This document shows positions 30,756-41,493 of a stretch of DNA of 64,000 bases, in pieces. A model generated the notes under the pieces. It was not told where the DNA came from. It made no database searches and saw only the letters and a program-made list of their open reading frames with translations. The DNA lies in assembly GCA_963665275.2 (NCBI GenBank), contig CAXXIN010000007.1:128001-192000 (forward strand), in the 5' to 3' direction. This DNA is from Negativicutes bacterium. GTDB taxonomy: Bacteria; Bacillota; Negativicutes; UBA1444. Both the position numbers and the translations under genes were made by a program. The stretch's first letter is position 1, and each line of letters begins with the position of its first letter.

Positions 30756-32063
30756 ATGGAACAAATCATCAGCTACAAAAGAATCGGGGCATTGGCATTC
30801 CCGATTATTATTTCACAATCCGTCGTTTTACTAGATGGCATGATCGACCTGGCCTTCATCGGGCCTCTAGGCACGGACGCGATTGCCGCCGTGGCAATTG
30901 CCAATGCAATCTGCGCTACAGTATTTAATTTTCTGGAAGGCTTTCGAATCGGCACCACAGTTTTAATTGCCAAAGCATCTGAGAGCCAAGACCCTGCCAA
31001 AGGAGCAGCCGTGATAAATACAGGATTGTTTCTAACAGCTCTCATCGGAGCGGTGCTCATCATTTTTGCTTCAGATATCAGCACTATGGTTTATGACAGC
31101 ATCGGCAATGAGCAAATAAAATATCACGGCGTGGCTTATCTGACGGTATGGCTCTGGACGATTCCGCTCATCCTGTTTTCCTATGTTTTGGTCGGATTAT
31201 TCCGGGGACTGCGTGACACTGCCACTCCGCTTTTCAGCACCATCGCCAGTTGTATTTTGAATGCCATATTTACCTATCTGTTTGTTTACGGTGGATGGGG
31301 ATTCCCCGGTCTTGGCGTGGAAGGATCGGCCTGGGGAACTTTTGCCGCCAGTCTGGTTGGTTTGCTGATCATAATCTATCTGGCGATAAAAAACCCTCTT
31401 ACCGCGCAATATATTCGCTGGAATCAGTCGTTTCTCAAACAAACGCCGGAATACGTTTCTCTGGCAATAGACATCGGTCTCAATACGGGCTTTACCCTGT
31501 TGGCCCTGCTGGCGTTTGTCTATGTCATCAAGCCGTTGGGTTCCGTGGCGCTGGCAGTTCATCAAATCACCTTGCAAATTTTCAACTTAGCCTACTTGCC
31601 GTCCATCGGGTTCTTGATCACTGCCTCCATCCTTGTCCCGCGGTTGGTTGAGCCGGAAACCAATCATCTCCTGAAACCAACAGTCAATCGCATAGGTCGG
31701 ATGAGTCTGGGCGTGATTTGCCTGACTAGCGGTGCGTTGTTTCTATCCGCGTCGGCAGTCAGTCGTTTTTTTAGTCCCGCTGACGCGATAGTAGCGGAAC
31801 AAGCCGTTAAAACACTAAAGCTGGTCTGTTGCGGGCAATTGTTTTCTTCTGTGTACATGGTATTGCGTGGGGCATTGACCGGCTGTCGAGATACCCGTTT
31901 TATCATTTATGAAGGGTTGCTATCCAGCTACCTCGTTTTCCTTCCGTTGGCCTACTTGTTGGCGATCCAACTGGGTTATGGCGTCTACGGAGGTTATGTT
32001 GCTTTCCTATTATGGTGCATAACCGATTGTCTGGCACTCGCCTTTCGGTTTTATCGACACTAA
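30756..32063 (+). CDS. MATE-family efflux transporter
   Basis: LAFPII, FRGLRDTATP, LGVEGSAWGT; about 12 transmembrane segments. Confidence 0.92.
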   Translation: MEQIISYKRIGALAFPIIISQSVVLLDGMIDLAFIGPLGTDAIAAVAIANAICATVFNFLEGFRIGTTVLIAKASESQDPAKGAAVINTGLFLTALIGAVLIIFASDISTMVYDSIGNEQIKYHGVAYLTVWLWTIPLILFSYVLVGLFRGLRDTATPLFSTIASCILNAIFTYLFVYGGWGFPGLGVEGSAWGTFAASLVGLLIIIYLAIKNPLTAQYIRWNQSFLKQTPEYVSLAIDIGLNTGFTLLALLAFVYVIKPLGSVALAVHQITLQIFNLAYLPSIGFLITASILVPRLVEPETNHLLKPTVNRIGRMSLGVICLTSGALFLSASAVSRFFSPADAIVAEQAVKTLKLVCCGQLFSSVYMVLRGALTGCRDTRFIIYEGLLSSYLVFLPLAYLLAIQLGYGVYGGYVAFLLWCITDCLALAFRFYRH

Positions 32064-32626
32064 CGCTTTCTCCAATCAGACTTCAACAAAGAATAGCAAT
32101 ACTGATCATCGAACTTGCCCCGGTTAAATTCGTATTCCCTCAGTAGGCCGTCAAGTTTGAAACCCATCCGTTCCAGGAAGCGGGTCGATCGGAAATTGCC
32201 ATAATTGACGAAAGCTTCAATTCTATTGTATTTCATGTGGCTGAACCCATAATCGAGAATTGCGGTGATGGTTTCATCGATGATGCCCTGACCCCAATAC
32301 GCTTTTCCCAGCTCATATCCCATTTCAGCCCGGAAATGTTCAGGTTTATGATTGTGGAAACCGCAGGTTCCAAGCACTTTTCCATCCGTTGCTCTGGTGA
32401 TCGCCCAGCGGATGCCTTGGTTATTTTCCGGCATGCTGTTCAGCAGAGCGATCATCTCCAACGTTTCTTCCACTGTTTTAAACGGGTCGAGTGAAAAATA
32501 CTCAGTTACGTTTGTGTCTGACCAATATTGATGCAATATCTGAGCATCCTCGTTCGTTATCTGGCGACAAACCAGTCGATCTGTTTTTATAATGGGAAAC
32601 CCATCCCCACAATTCTCGTTTTCCAC
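32060..32626 (-). CDS. RimJ/RimL-type GNAT acetyltransferase
   Basis: KTDRL, AEMGYEL...YWGQG, NRIEA, ERMGF..DGLLR; SD GAGGAGG before GTG. Confidence 0.9.
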   Translation of the reverse strand: MENENCGDGFPIIKTDRLVCRQITNEDAQILHQYWSDTNVTEYFSLDPFKTVEETLEMIALLNSMPENNQGIRWAITRATDGKVLGTCGFHNHKPEHFRAEMGYELGKAYWGQGIIDETITAILDYGFSHMKYNRIEAFVNYGNFRSTRFLERMGFKLDGLLREYEFNRGKFDDQYCYSLLKSDWRKR

Positions 32627-32656
32627 AATCAAACCCCTCCTCATCAATCAAAAATA

Positions 32657-34534
32657 ATCGAGTAGGAGGGGGCGGCGAGCCCCCGACCTCTCACACCACC
32701 GGACATGCGGGTCCGCATCCGGCGGTTCCCAAGGATTGACGAAGTTTTCCATAGTGTGCAAGCAAACTCAACAGCCCTTGACGTTCCCAATAGGTAACGT
32801 CGAGGGCATTATTTGTGTTGCGGGCCATGGCCCAGGGTCCCTTGCTGGATTTGGCCATCATCCACGCCGCCCACTCCGGTACGCCCAGCGCCCGGAGGTT
32901 TCGGAAACGTGTCCACGCCCTCTTCCATTGTTTCCAGAGGCACATGCGCAGTCGCCGCCGTAACCATTGGTCCAGTTCCCCGCAATGCTTCTTGGCCGAT
33001 GCCACATGGAAATATCCAATCCAGCCCCGCAGATACTGGTTAACCTGCCGGATTCTTTCTTCCATCGCCACGGACCATGTTCGGTTCGTGAGTTGTCGGA
33101 TTCTCTCCTTGCAACGCTCCAGCGTCTTTGGCGCTAACCGGATGGTTCCCGCTTTGTCGTTCAAGAAACTAAAGCCAAGAAACTTTCGCTTCCACGGTCG
33201 GTCTACTGCACTCTTCTCCCGGTTTACCTTGAGTTTGAGCTTGCCTTCCACAAACCGGACCACCGATTCCATCACCCGAACTCCTGCCCGCCTGCTTCGC
33301 ACGAACAAGTTGCAGTCGTCCGCGTAGCGGACGAACCGATGCCCGCGCCGCGCCAGTTCCCGGTCCAAGTCATCGAGCAGAATGTTCGACAATAGCGGAC
33401 TCAACGGACCGCCCTGCGGCGTTCCCTCTGTTGTCCTACTTACTACGCCACATTCCATGACTCCGGCGCTTAAGTAACTGCGGATGAGTTTCAGAACTCG
33501 TTTGTCTCCCACTCTTCGCGCCACCCGCGCCATCAACATGTCGTGGTTGACCCGGTCGAAGAATTTCTCTAGGTCCATGTCCACGACAAACCGATAGCCT
33601 TCCCGGATGTGTTCCTGCGCCCGCCGGATTGCGTCATGCGACCGTTTCCCCGGCCGGAAGCCGTAGCTTTCCGGGCTGAAGTAAGGATCGAATATCTGGG
33701 TCAGTGTCTGCAGAAGGGCCTGCTGGATCAGGCGATCCAATACGGTTGGGATACCCAGCGCCCGCGTCCCGCCTCCGGGTTTTGGAATGTCCACCCGTTT
33801 CACGGGTTGCGGCCGGTAAGTTCCCGTTCGGAGCTGTTCTTTAGTTGTTTCCCAGTTGGTCTGGAGATATCCCGCCAGTGTGGCGGTATCCATCCCGTCG
33901 ACGCCGGGAGCTCCTCCGTTTTGTTTCACCCGCTGGTAGGCGCGTTTCATGTTTTCCCGCTCCAGCGTTTTCTCCAGCAGTTCACCAGGGTCTTCGCGAG
34001 AGGGCAGGTCCACTTGTGCCGGTGATGGGCTCAGCGCTCCGGCATACTTTTGCGGCTTCACCGCTACTTTTTGCCGTAAGCCTTCTTCTGAAGTTGGCTG
34101 CTGTAATTGCTCATCACGCGAACGCATAGTTTCCCTCTCTTTCTTTGGGTTCGGCCCTTCCGGCGCGGCGTCCCGCTCTCCGTACTATGGCCTCGGCTGA
34201 CTCCTGCGATTTCAGCGCCGCCTCACGGCGGCGGTTGCCGACTCAGTCGGCGTGACCGCAGGCCTCCCCGGATAAGAACGTCATCTTTCCACTCATGCAC
34301 CTGCCCAAGTTTACTGCTTCAGCCCTTGGCGGCTTCGGACTTCGTCTTCTCGTGCAGACTCGTCCGGCTGAAACAGCCTCAAATTGGGTTCGTATACCTC
34401 AGGTCGAGCATTTGCCTCCAGCTTCCTTCAGATTCCGTCTCGCGACGGACACCCTTGCTCTTGGCTAACGGTAGGCGCTCGCCAGCCCCCGCTCGGGACT
34501 TTCACCCTATAGACGACGCCCATGCCGGGCGTAC
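32657..34534 (-). mobile_element. Complete group IIC (bacterial class C) intron
   Basis: 5' end GTACGCCCGGCATGGG; domain V AACCGCCGGATGCGGACCCGCATGTCCGGTGGT; domain VI ending CCTACTCGAT; inserted a few nt after a terminator stem. Confidence 0.95.
32691..34127 (-). CDS. ltrA: Group II intron reverse transcriptase/maturase (no endonuclease domain)
   Basis: LGIPTVLDR, SYGFRPG, GTPQGGPLSP, RYADD; ORF ends inside domains V-VI. Confidence 0.96.
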   Translation of the reverse strand: MRSRDEQLQQPTSEEGLRQKVAVKPQKYAGALSPSPAQVDLPSREDPGELLEKTLERENMKRAYQRVKQNGGAPGVDGMDTATLAGYLQTNWETTKEQLRTGTYRPQPVKRVDIPKPGGGTRALGIPTVLDRLIQQALLQTLTQIFDPYFSPESYGFRPGKRSHDAIRRAQEHIREGYRFVVDMDLEKFFDRVNHDMLMARVARRVGDKRVLKLIRSYLSAGVMECGVVSRTTEGTPQGGPLSPLLSNILLDDLDRELARRGHRFVRYADDCNLFVRSRRAGVRVMESVVRFVEGKLKLKVNREKSAVDRPWKRKFLGFSFLNDKAGTIRLAPKTLERCKERIRQLTNRTWSVAMEERIRQVNQYLRGWIGYFHVASAKKHCGELDQWLRRRLRMCLWKQWKRAWTRFRNLRALGVPEWAAWMMAKSSKGPWAMARNTNNALDVTYWERQGLLSLLAHYGKLRQSLGTAGCGPACPVV

Positions 34535-34540
34535 ACGAAA

Positions 34541-34574
34541 ATGCCGCAGGTGGACAGATATCCGCCTGCGGCAT
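34541..34574 (-). terminator. Stem-loop serving as the intron target site
   Basis: ATGCCGCAGGCGGA-tatctg-TCCACCTGCGGCAT followed by TTTCGT and then the intron. Confidence 0.85.
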
Positions 34575-34609
34575 AGCTAAAGCCGATTCTATATACGCCC
34601 CTACGCATT

Positions 34610-34638
34610 AGTATAGTAGTCGAACGCATAATTATCAA
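34610..34638 (-). promoter_or_regulatory. Sigma-A promoter firing toward the intron and GNAT
   Basis: TTGATA-17-TATACT. Confidence 0.6.
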
Positions 34639-34705
34639 TAACACGTTAGATTACTCTCCCGACCGCGTTGATCAATTTGTAGGAATTTAAATTATTGTCT
34701 TATGC

Positions 34706-34728
34706 ATTAGTTGCATTATGCAATTAAT
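34706..34728. promoter_or_regulatory. Putative MarR operator
   Basis: Palindrome ATTAGTTGCAT-T-ATGCAATTAAT upstream of the MarR gene. Confidence 0.6.
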
Positions 34729-34779
34729 TATTGTACTATTATTTTGTTGAAACATCACAACCGAAGGGGCGATCATTCC

Positions 34780-35223
34780 ATGAATTCATCAATACAGGCT
34801 GCTACGCTCCGTGAACTGCTGCGAACCTTAATCCGCAAGCTTGGTATCCTGGACCGAAGCGAGGCACTCTGCTGCGACATGACTCTCAGCCAATGCACTG
34901 CCATGATTGAAATAGGGCGGGCCGGCTTCCTATCGGTCAATCAATTGGCAGAGCGTCTGGACTTGGACAAAAGCACGGTCAGCCGATCCTCGGACCGGCT
35001 CGTTGTCGAGGGTTTGTTGCTACGTGAGGAAGACCCCGCTGATCGCCGCTATGTGGTCTTAAAACTCAGCGAAAAAGGCAAGCAATCCTATTTCAAGCTT
35101 GAGCAACGCATGGCTTCCTATTTTGAAAATGTCATTGCCGAAATTGATCCCCATGAGCGTGAGCAAGTGTTAAAAAGTTTGCAACTTCTATCTTCAGCTC
35201 TCAAATCAGAAAAATGCTGTTGA
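34780..35223 (+). CDS. MarR-family regulator with Cys pairs (arsenic-associated type)
   Basis: LAERLDLDKSTVSR, DPADRR; CC near the N-terminus and at the C-terminus; upstream of arsM. Confidence 0.88.
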   Translation: MNSSIQAATLRELLRTLIRKLGILDRSEALCCDMTLSQCTAMIEIGRAGFLSVNQLAERLDLDKSTVSRSSDRLVVEGLLLREEDPADRRYVVLKLSEKGKQSYFKLEQRMASYFENVIAEIDPHEREQVLKSLQLLSSALKSEKCC

Positions 35224-35242
35224 TTACGAATGAAACGAGGAG

Positions 35243-36496
35243 ATGATGACAGTGAATAAGGTGAACAAAGAAGAAATCCGGGACAAGGTACGCGAACGAT
35301 ATGCAAAAGCGATTACTGCAAAAAGTGGTTGTGGCTGCAGCGGAAGCTCTTGTTGCGGCTCTGGTCCCAGCAATGCAACACAGGCCGTTACCGGAAATCT
35401 GTATACGTCAGAAGAAGTTGCCGGGCTGTCCCCGGAATTAGTCGAAGCCTCATTCGGTTGCGGCAACCCAACGGCCCTCACCCCTCTTCATGCCGGGGAA
35501 GTGGTGCTGGACCTTGGCAGCGGCGCCGGACTGGACGTGATTCTGTCAGCCCGCCGGGTAGGTCCCGCCGGCAAAGCGTATGGTCTGGATATGACGGACG
35601 AGATGCTGGCCGCCGCCAATGCGAATAAAGCAAAACTCGGCATCACCAACGCCGAATTTCTCAAAGGACATATCGAAGCCATCCCGTTACCTGACAACAG
35701 CGTCGATGTCGTTATTTCCAACTGCGTCATCAACCTATCCTTCGACAAGGATGCCGTGTTCCGTGAAATCCACCGGGTCCTCAAGCCGGGAGGTAGAATG
35801 GCGGTATCCGATATTGTAACCCTGAAACCGCTGCCGGAATGGCTGCGAAAGAATCTGGCCGCCTGGACAGGCTGCCTGGCTGGAGCTCTTGGCGTGGACG
35901 AATTCAAAAGCAAGCTGACAACAGCCGGTTTTACCGATCCTGAGTTGGAAGTGATCCGAATTTATGACCCAGTCGATCTTGGCTTTGATCCGCAGGAAAC
36001 GAAGGATGCCATTGGCAGCGCTTTCATCCGGGCCCAAAAAACAAAAATACTATTGCAGCCTGGAATCGACTACCGCATCAAGCTAGCACCCCCTGATGAT
36101 TTTCCGTCCCTGCATGAGTTGTTGACGTCCAGCAATCTGACTACGGCAGGTGTCACCCCAACTGAAGGTGTTTATTTCTCTGCAATCAGCCAGGAGCGCA
36201 TCCTGGGTATGGTCGGGTTCGAGCAATACGGCTCGGCAGCCCTGCTGCGCTCGTTCGCCGTCCGGCCCGAGGTCCGCAAGTCGGGGCTGGGCGCCGCCCT
36301 GGTCCAGCATTTGCTGGAGCATTTGAAAACAGTCGGCCTTTCGCCGGTCTTTTTGCTGACCAACACCGCTGAAGATTATTTTTCACGGCTGGGGTTTGTG
36401 AAAATTGACCGCCAGGAGATCCCCGCCTTGGTTTTAAAAAGTTCCGCCCTGGGGAACAGTTGCCCCGCAACCAGCATTTGCATGAAACTGGGTTAA
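35243..36496 (+). CDS. arsM: Arsenite methyltransferase fused to a C-terminal GNAT (ArsN2-like)
   Basis: [31 protein letters not shown]; then [34 protein letters not shown]. Confidence 0.9.
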   Translation: MMTVNKVNKEEIRDKVRERYAKAITAKSGCGCSGSSCCGSGPSNATQAVTGNLYTSEEVAGLSPELVEASFGCGNPTALTPLHAGEVVLDLGSGAGLDVILSARRVGPAGKAYGLDMTDEMLAAANANKAKLGITNAEFLKGHIEAIPLPDNSVDVVISNCVINLSFDKDAVFREIHRVLKPGGRMAVSDIVTLKPLPEWLRKNLAAWTGCLAGALGVDEFKSKLTTAGFTDPELEVIRIYDPVDLGFDPQETKDAIGSAFIRAQKTKILLQPGIDYRIKLAPPDDFPSLHELLTSSNLTTAGVTPTEGVYFSAISQERILGMVGFEQYGSAALLRSFAVRPEVRKSGLGAALVQHLLEHLKTVGLSPVFLLTNTAEDYFSRLGFVKIDRQEIPALVLKSSALGNSCPATSICMKLG

Positions 36497-36511
36497 GGAA
36501 CGTTCGCCCGC

Positions 36512-36547
36512 GCCAGCTCCGAAATACGGAGCTGGCTTATTTTTTTA
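36512..36547 (+). terminator. Intrinsic terminator after arsM
   Basis: GCCAGCTCCG-aaata-CGGAGCTGGC-TTATTTTTTT. Confidence 0.85.
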
Positions 36548-36556
36548 TCCGGCTTG

Positions 36557-36609
36557 TTGACTTTATGATAAGCAAAACCTATACTTTATATATACCATAC
36601 GGGGGTATA
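36557..36609 (+). promoter_or_regulatory. Promoter and CsoR operator
   Basis: TTGACT-17-TATACT; TATACCATACGGGGGTATA at 36591-36609. Confidence 0.88.
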
Positions 36610-36630
36610 GTAAAAATAAGAAGGTGCAAT

Positions 36631-36900
36631 ATGCTAGTCGATAAAGAAAAAGCAGATCTGAAGCAACGCTTGAAAAAAATATCCGGCCAGATCAACGGCA
36701 TCGATAAAATGCTGGATGATGGACGGTATTGCGTTGATGTGGTGCAGCAGATTCTTGCTGCCCGAGCCGCCCTGAACAAAGTAGCGTTGATGATCGTGGA
36801 GAGTCACGCCAAAAGCTGCGTGGTCACGGCAATCAAAGAAGATCGAGTCGACCAGAGTATCGACGAGCTGATGAATGTTTTGAAGCAGTTCACGAAATAG
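36631..36900 (+). CDS. csoR: Copper-sensing repressor
   Basis: RLKKISGQINGI, YC, H...C fingerprint. Confidence 0.92.
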   Translation: MLVDKEKADLKQRLKKISGQINGIDKMLDDGRYCVDVVQQILAARAALNKVALMIVESHAKSCVVTAIKEDRVDQSIDELMNVLKQFTK

Positions 36901-36924
36901 CTCTCTGCGGCCGCTAAAAAGGAT

Positions 36925-39360
36925 GTGATAACGGTGGCACAAGAAACAACTGAAAAAAAACTAAACTCGGTAAACATGAAAATCACCGGCATGACCTGTG
37001 CCGTTTGCGCCAATCGGATTGAGAAGGGTCTCGGAAAATTGGCGGGAGTTGAGAAAGCAACCGTAAATTTCGCCGCTGAAAAAGCCAGTGTGACTTATGA
37101 TCCCGCTCAAATCAGCCTGAAAGCGCTTGCCGATAAGGTCGAATCTCTCGGCTATCAGGTCGTTGCCGACAAAGCCGAGTTCAAAATCTCCGGTATGACC
37201 TGCGCCGCTTGCTCCGCCCGGATCGAGAAAGGTCTCAATAGCCTGCCTGGCGTCTATAGCGCCACCGTCAATCTGGCGGCGGAAAAGGCAACGATCGAAT
37301 ACAACGCTCAGGACTTGAGTCTCGTGCAGATTCAGAACAAGGTCAAGAAACTGGGTTACGAAGCCCATAACCTGGCGGATGCCAGCGACGTCGACCGGGA
37401 GAAAAAAATGCGGCAGGAAGAGGTCCGTGCCCAACGCCTGCGTCTGACCCTGTCGGCGGTGCTTTCATCCCCCTTGTTACTGGGGATGATATTGCATTCG
37501 TTCGGCATCATGAAGGATATCGGCATGATTCTGATGAACCCCTATCTGCAGCTGGCGCTGGCAACCCCCGTGCAGTTCGTGGCGGGCTGGCCTTTCTATC
37601 GGGGCGCCTGGTCGGCATTACGCAACGGCAGCGCCAATATGGACGTATTGGTGGCTCTCGGAACCTCAGCCGCGTATTTTTATAGTATCGTGAATGTGTT
37701 GACCGGCGATCCTCATCTGTATTTTGAAACTTCGGCCATCCTCATCACCCTGATCATCCTCGGCAAATTGCTGGAGGCAATCGCCAAAGGCAGAACCTCT
37801 GAGGCCATCAAGTCCCTGATGGGTCTGCAACCTAAGACGGCCCGCGTGATCCTGAATGGCGCTGAGTCGGACGTACCCATCGAATTGGTTCAGGTCGGCG
37901 ACTTGATCGTGGTCCGGCCTGGCGAAAAAGTCCCAGTCGACGGCGTAATCACTGAAGGGATCTCAACTTTGGATGAGTCCATGCTGACAGGCGAAAGCCT
38001 CCCTGTAGATAAAAAAGCCGGGGACGCCGTGGTTGGCGCGACCATCAACAAATTCGGCTCTTTCCGGTTCACAGCGACAAAAGTCGGCAAAGACACTGCC
38101 CTGGCCCAGATCGTAAAGATTGTTGAAGATGCCCAGGGGTCCAAAGCGCCGATCCAACGGTTTGCGGATGTTGTGTCAGGCTACTTTGTCCCGTTCGTTG
38201 TAACCGTTGCCATGCTCACGTTCATCGGTTGGTATTTCCTGTTTGATCCGGGCAATTTCTCCCGGGCTTTGGTGAATTTCACGGCCGTGCTTGTCATTGC
38301 CTGCCCCTGCGCTCTGGGTCTTGCCACCCCGACTTCCATCATGGTGGGAACCGGCAAAGGCGCGGAGTATGGCATCCTGATCCGGGGAGCCGAACATCTC
38401 GAGAACGCCCACCGGTTGACAACAATCGTGCTCGATAAAACCGGCACAATCACCAAGGGGCAGCCGACCGTGACGGATATCATCCCGTTATCCGACCTTG
38501 CCGAACCAAGCCTGTTAACCTTGGCGGCGCAGGTGGAGAAAAATTCCGAGCATCCTCTGGCGCAGGCGATCGTAAAATACGCGCAGGAACAGAACCTGGT
38601 ACTGGCAGCCCCTGAATCATTTATCGCCATCCCTGGGCAAGGTGTGAAAGCCTTTATCACAGGACAGGAAATTCTCGTCGGTACCCGCAGACTGATGCAG
38701 GAAAACCAGGTCCCCTTCGAAACAGCCATCCCTGAAATTGAAAAACTCGAACAGCAAGGGAAAACCGTCATGTTGCTTGCTGCGAACCGGACATTGAAGG
38801 GTTTGATCGCCGTAGCCGACACAGTGAAAGAAAACTCGGCTCAAGCTATAGCCGATTTGCAAAAACTCGGCATCGAAGTGTGGATGATTACCGGCGACAA
38901 TGCTCGCGCCGCGCAGGCTATCGCGGAAGGCATCGGAATTCGGAATGTACTGGCGGAAGTGTTGCCTGAACACAAGGCGGAAAAAGTGGCCGCGCTGATG
39001 AAAGAAGGCAAGGTCGTCGGCATGGTGGGGGATGGCATCAACGACGCTCCCGCACTGGCTACAGCCGATGTCGGATTCGCCATCGGCACGGGAGCCGATG
39101 TGGCAATCGAAGCGGCGGATATCACGCTCATGCGCGGCGATTTGAATGGAATCGTGGCTGCAATCAAGCTGAGTAAGGCAACGATGCGAAATATCCGGCA
39201 AAACCTGTTCTGGGCGCTCGTCTACAATTCGCTGGGCATCCCGATCGCTGCGTCGGGTTACCTTTCCCCGGTGTTAGCCGGTTCTGCCATGGCCTTCAGC
39301 TCTGTCTCCGTCGTTCTGAACGCTCTGCGCCTGAAACGGTTCAATCCCTATTCGGGATAA
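36925..39360 (+). CDS. copA: Cu(I)-exporting P1B-type ATPase
   Basis: Two GMTCxxC domains, [20 protein letters not shown]. Confidence 0.96.
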   Translation: MITVAQETTEKKLNSVNMKITGMTCAVCANRIEKGLGKLAGVEKATVNFAAEKASVTYDPAQISLKALADKVESLGYQVVADKAEFKISGMTCAACSARIEKGLNSLPGVYSATVNLAAEKATIEYNAQDLSLVQIQNKVKKLGYEAHNLADASDVDREKKMRQEEVRAQRLRLTLSAVLSSPLLLGMILHSFGIMKDIGMILMNPYLQLALATPVQFVAGWPFYRGAWSALRNGSANMDVLVALGTSAAYFYSIVNVLTGDPHLYFETSAILITLIILGKLLEAIAKGRTSEAIKSLMGLQPKTARVILNGAESDVPIELVQVGDLIVVRPGEKVPVDGVITEGISTLDESMLTGESLPVDKKAGDAVVGATINKFGSFRFTATKVGKDTALAQIVKIVEDAQGSKAPIQRFADVVSGYFVPFVVTVAMLTFIGWYFLFDPGNFSRALVNFTAVLVIACPCALGLATPTSIMVGTGKGAEYGILIRGAEHLENAHRLTTIVLDKTGTITKGQPTVTDIIPLSDLAEPSLLTLAAQVEKNSEHPLAQAIVKYAQEQNLVLAAPESFIAIPGQGVKAFITGQEILVGTRRLMQENQVPFETAIPEIEKLEQQGKTVMLLAANRTLKGLIAVADTVKENSAQAIADLQKLGIEVWMITGDNARAAQAIAEGIGIRNVLAEVLPEHKAEKVAALMKEGKVVGMVGDGINDAPALATADVGFAIGTGADVAIEAADITLMRGDLNGIVAAIKLSKATMRNIRQNLFWALVYNSLGIPIAASGYLSPVLAGSAMAFSSVSVVLNALRLKRFNPYSG

Positions 39361-39458
39361 TTAACCCGGTTAGCATCCTTTAGCAAACAGGCCAATTTGC
39401 ATACTATCCGACTACTATCGGCACTCCATCCTGGGCCACAGATATCGGCGCATCAACA

Positions 39459-39500
39459 AACAAAGACGGTTCCGGGTATTTTGCCGGGACCGTCTTTGTT
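39459..39500. terminator. Bidirectional terminator
   Basis: AACAAAGACGGTTCCGG...CCGGGACCGTCTTTGTT. Confidence 0.75.
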
Positions 39501-39548
39501 CCTATAGCACGTAGGCATGATAAACTTTGAATAGTTCTTCGGTGATCC

Positions 39549-40409
39549 TTATTTGATCACATTTGCCTCAATCTCACCAACGACGCGTTCGATTTCTTCC
39601 AATTGTTTTTTTGTTTTTACAGAATTCTTAACCGCCACGCCAGTAATTAAAAAATCGGCCACAAACAAAGCGCCAATTTCTGAATGGTGAAACGCCAAGC
39701 TCTCAAAAGCACACCCCAGAAACACATCAGACATTAAAGCCAATGGTGAAGAATATCCATCAGTAATTGACAGGATTTTCGCTTTTCTATTCTTGGCAAC
39801 TCGCACAATTTCAACTGTCCGCCTGGCATAACGGGGCAAACTGATGGCAATCACTAAATCAGTAGGTTGCAGTCGGGCCATTACCGCCTGGATACGTCCA
39901 GTATCCGGCACGATTACTTCGCAATCGACTCCAAGACGATTTAGCCCCTCATTTAGATAGTTGGCTACGGCAAAACTGCCCCGGACGCCGATTACATAGA
40001 TCTTTTGAGCTTCAAAAATCAACTTGAACGCCTGGTCAATGTTTTCTTCCGATAAAAATTCCACTGTTTTGCGAATGTTTTCAATCTGGAGTTTGGCACA
40101 GTCGATCAGCAGTTTGTTTTTGCTAAGTTTTTTCACATTGGCTTCCAGTCGATTGGGGGGCGAGACGCGATCCCGCAATACTTCCTGAAGTTCTTTCTGA
40201 AACTGGGAATAGCCGGTATACCCGATGGAATAAGCCAGCCGCATGATGGTAGCGACACTGACCCCGGTAAGTCCTGCCAGCTGTTCGATCGTAAGAAAAG
40301 CGGCTTCCGTGGGGTGTTTCAAAATGTAGTCCGCTACTTTTCGTTGCGATGGAGTAAAGTTCTCAATTTTTTCTTCTAATGCACGCAACGTACTTTTCCC
40401 CAACGGCAA
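39549..40409 (-). CDS. RpiR/MurR-family regulator
   Basis: TPSQRKVADYI, GVSVATIMR..GY.GY; SIS domain. Confidence 0.92.
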   Translation of the reverse strand: MPLGKSTLRALEEKIENFTPSQRKVADYILKHPTEAAFLTIEQLAGLTGVSVATIMRLAYSIGYTGYSQFQKELQEVLRDRVSPPNRLEANVKKLSKNKLLIDCAKLQIENIRKTVEFLSEENIDQAFKLIFEAQKIYVIGVRGSFAVANYLNEGLNRLGVDCEVIVPDTGRIQAVMARLQPTDLVIAISLPRYARRTVEIVRVAKNRKAKILSITDGYSSPLALMSDVFLGCAFESLAFHHSEIGALFVADFLITGVAVKNSVKTKKQLEEIERVVGEIEANVIK

Positions 40410-40480
40410 ACGCCACCTTTGTCAAAAAATCTTGCCATACCTGCATTATATGCGTTACTACCTGAAGTGTAAATTTTGCT

Positions 40481-41476
40481 CTACCAACCCATTGTTTTCT
40501 TCAGATTGACTTCCACATCTTTCATAAACGCTTTATAATCCTTGGAGTCCATATAATGAATTTCCAGGCCCATTTTTTCCATCTCGGCAATATGTTCCGG
40601 GTCTGCCAAGATTTTCTTGAAAGCGGCTTCCAGTCGTTTCACTGCAGCCGGGTCCGTATTGCCGGGACTGGCAAAACCGCGTAAGGCAAAGGCGTTTACA
40701 TTAAGTCCGGTACTCTCGGACAAGGTTGGCACATCGGGCAGAAATTTCGACCGTTGCTTGTCCAATACAACCAATGGACGCATCGTACCTTCCTTGGCCG
40801 CATTCCGAATGTCTCCGGCGCCCATGGAAACGATGTCCACATGCCCTCCCATGGCTGTTGTCAAGGCTTCCGACACTCCCGTGGTATGAACCGCTCTCAT
40901 TTTATAGCCCAATTTTTCGAGTGCGATGAGCGCAATATGATGCTGTGTGTATACACCCGAAGTAGCTACCGTTACTTTTCCGGGGTTGGCTTTTACATAC
41001 TCCATCAGTTCCTTGATGTTTTTGTAGGGTGAATCCGGTCGCACCGCCCAGGCGGTCACGTCCCAGACATGATTGGCCAGTAGTGTGAGACTATCCAGGT
41101 TCATATCCCGTTTATTTTCCGGGTTCAAATAAGAAGTAATGAAGGTCATGTTCAACAACGACAGGGTGTATCCGTCCGGTTTCGACTTGGCCATTTTTGT
41201 CCAGCCGATCCAGCCGGCAGCTCCGGTCACATTTTCCACCACAACAGGTTGGCCCAATTCTTTCTCCAGCCGTTTGGCCGCCAGCCGTGCGCCTACATCA
41301 GAGCTGCCACCGGCCGAATAAGGGACAATCAGGGTAATCGGCTTATTGGGGTAGTTGCTCTCTGTCGCTGGTTTCTTGGCCGCCGGAGCCTGCCCTCCGC
41401 ATCCGGTCAGAACGATTCCCAGTAAAAATGACCCCAGTAACATACAGAGCATTTTTTTCGCAGTCGTCTTCATCAT
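40481..41476 (-). CDS. tctC: Tripartite tricarboxylate transporter binding lipoprotein (TctC)
   Basis: Lipobox LTGC, YPNKPITLIVPYSAGGSSD, PDGYTL, PDVPT. Confidence 0.92.
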   Translation of the reverse strand: MMKTTAKKMLCMLLGSFLLGIVLTGCGGQAPAAKKPATESNYPNKPITLIVPYSAGGSSDVGARLAAKRLEKELGQPVVVENVTGAAGWIGWTKMAKSKPDGYTLSLLNMTFITSYLNPENKRDMNLDSLTLLANHVWDVTAWAVRPDSPYKNIKELMEYVKANPGKVTVATSGVYTQHHIALIALEKLGYKMRAVHTTGVSEALTTAMGGHVDIVSMGAGDIRNAAKEGTMRPLVVLDKQRSKFLPDVPTLSESTGLNVNAFALRGFASPGNTDPAAVKRLEAAFKKILADPEHIAEMEKMGLEIHYMDSKDYKAFMKDVEVNLKKTMGW

Positions 41477-41493
41477 TTCTCCCCCTTACTTTT

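Noticed and set aside
32691-34127. Reverse transcriptase as a retron, DGR or CRISPR-linked RT
   Set aside because: It is enclosed by complete group IIC intron ends and domains V-VI, and lies 30 kb from the cas genes.
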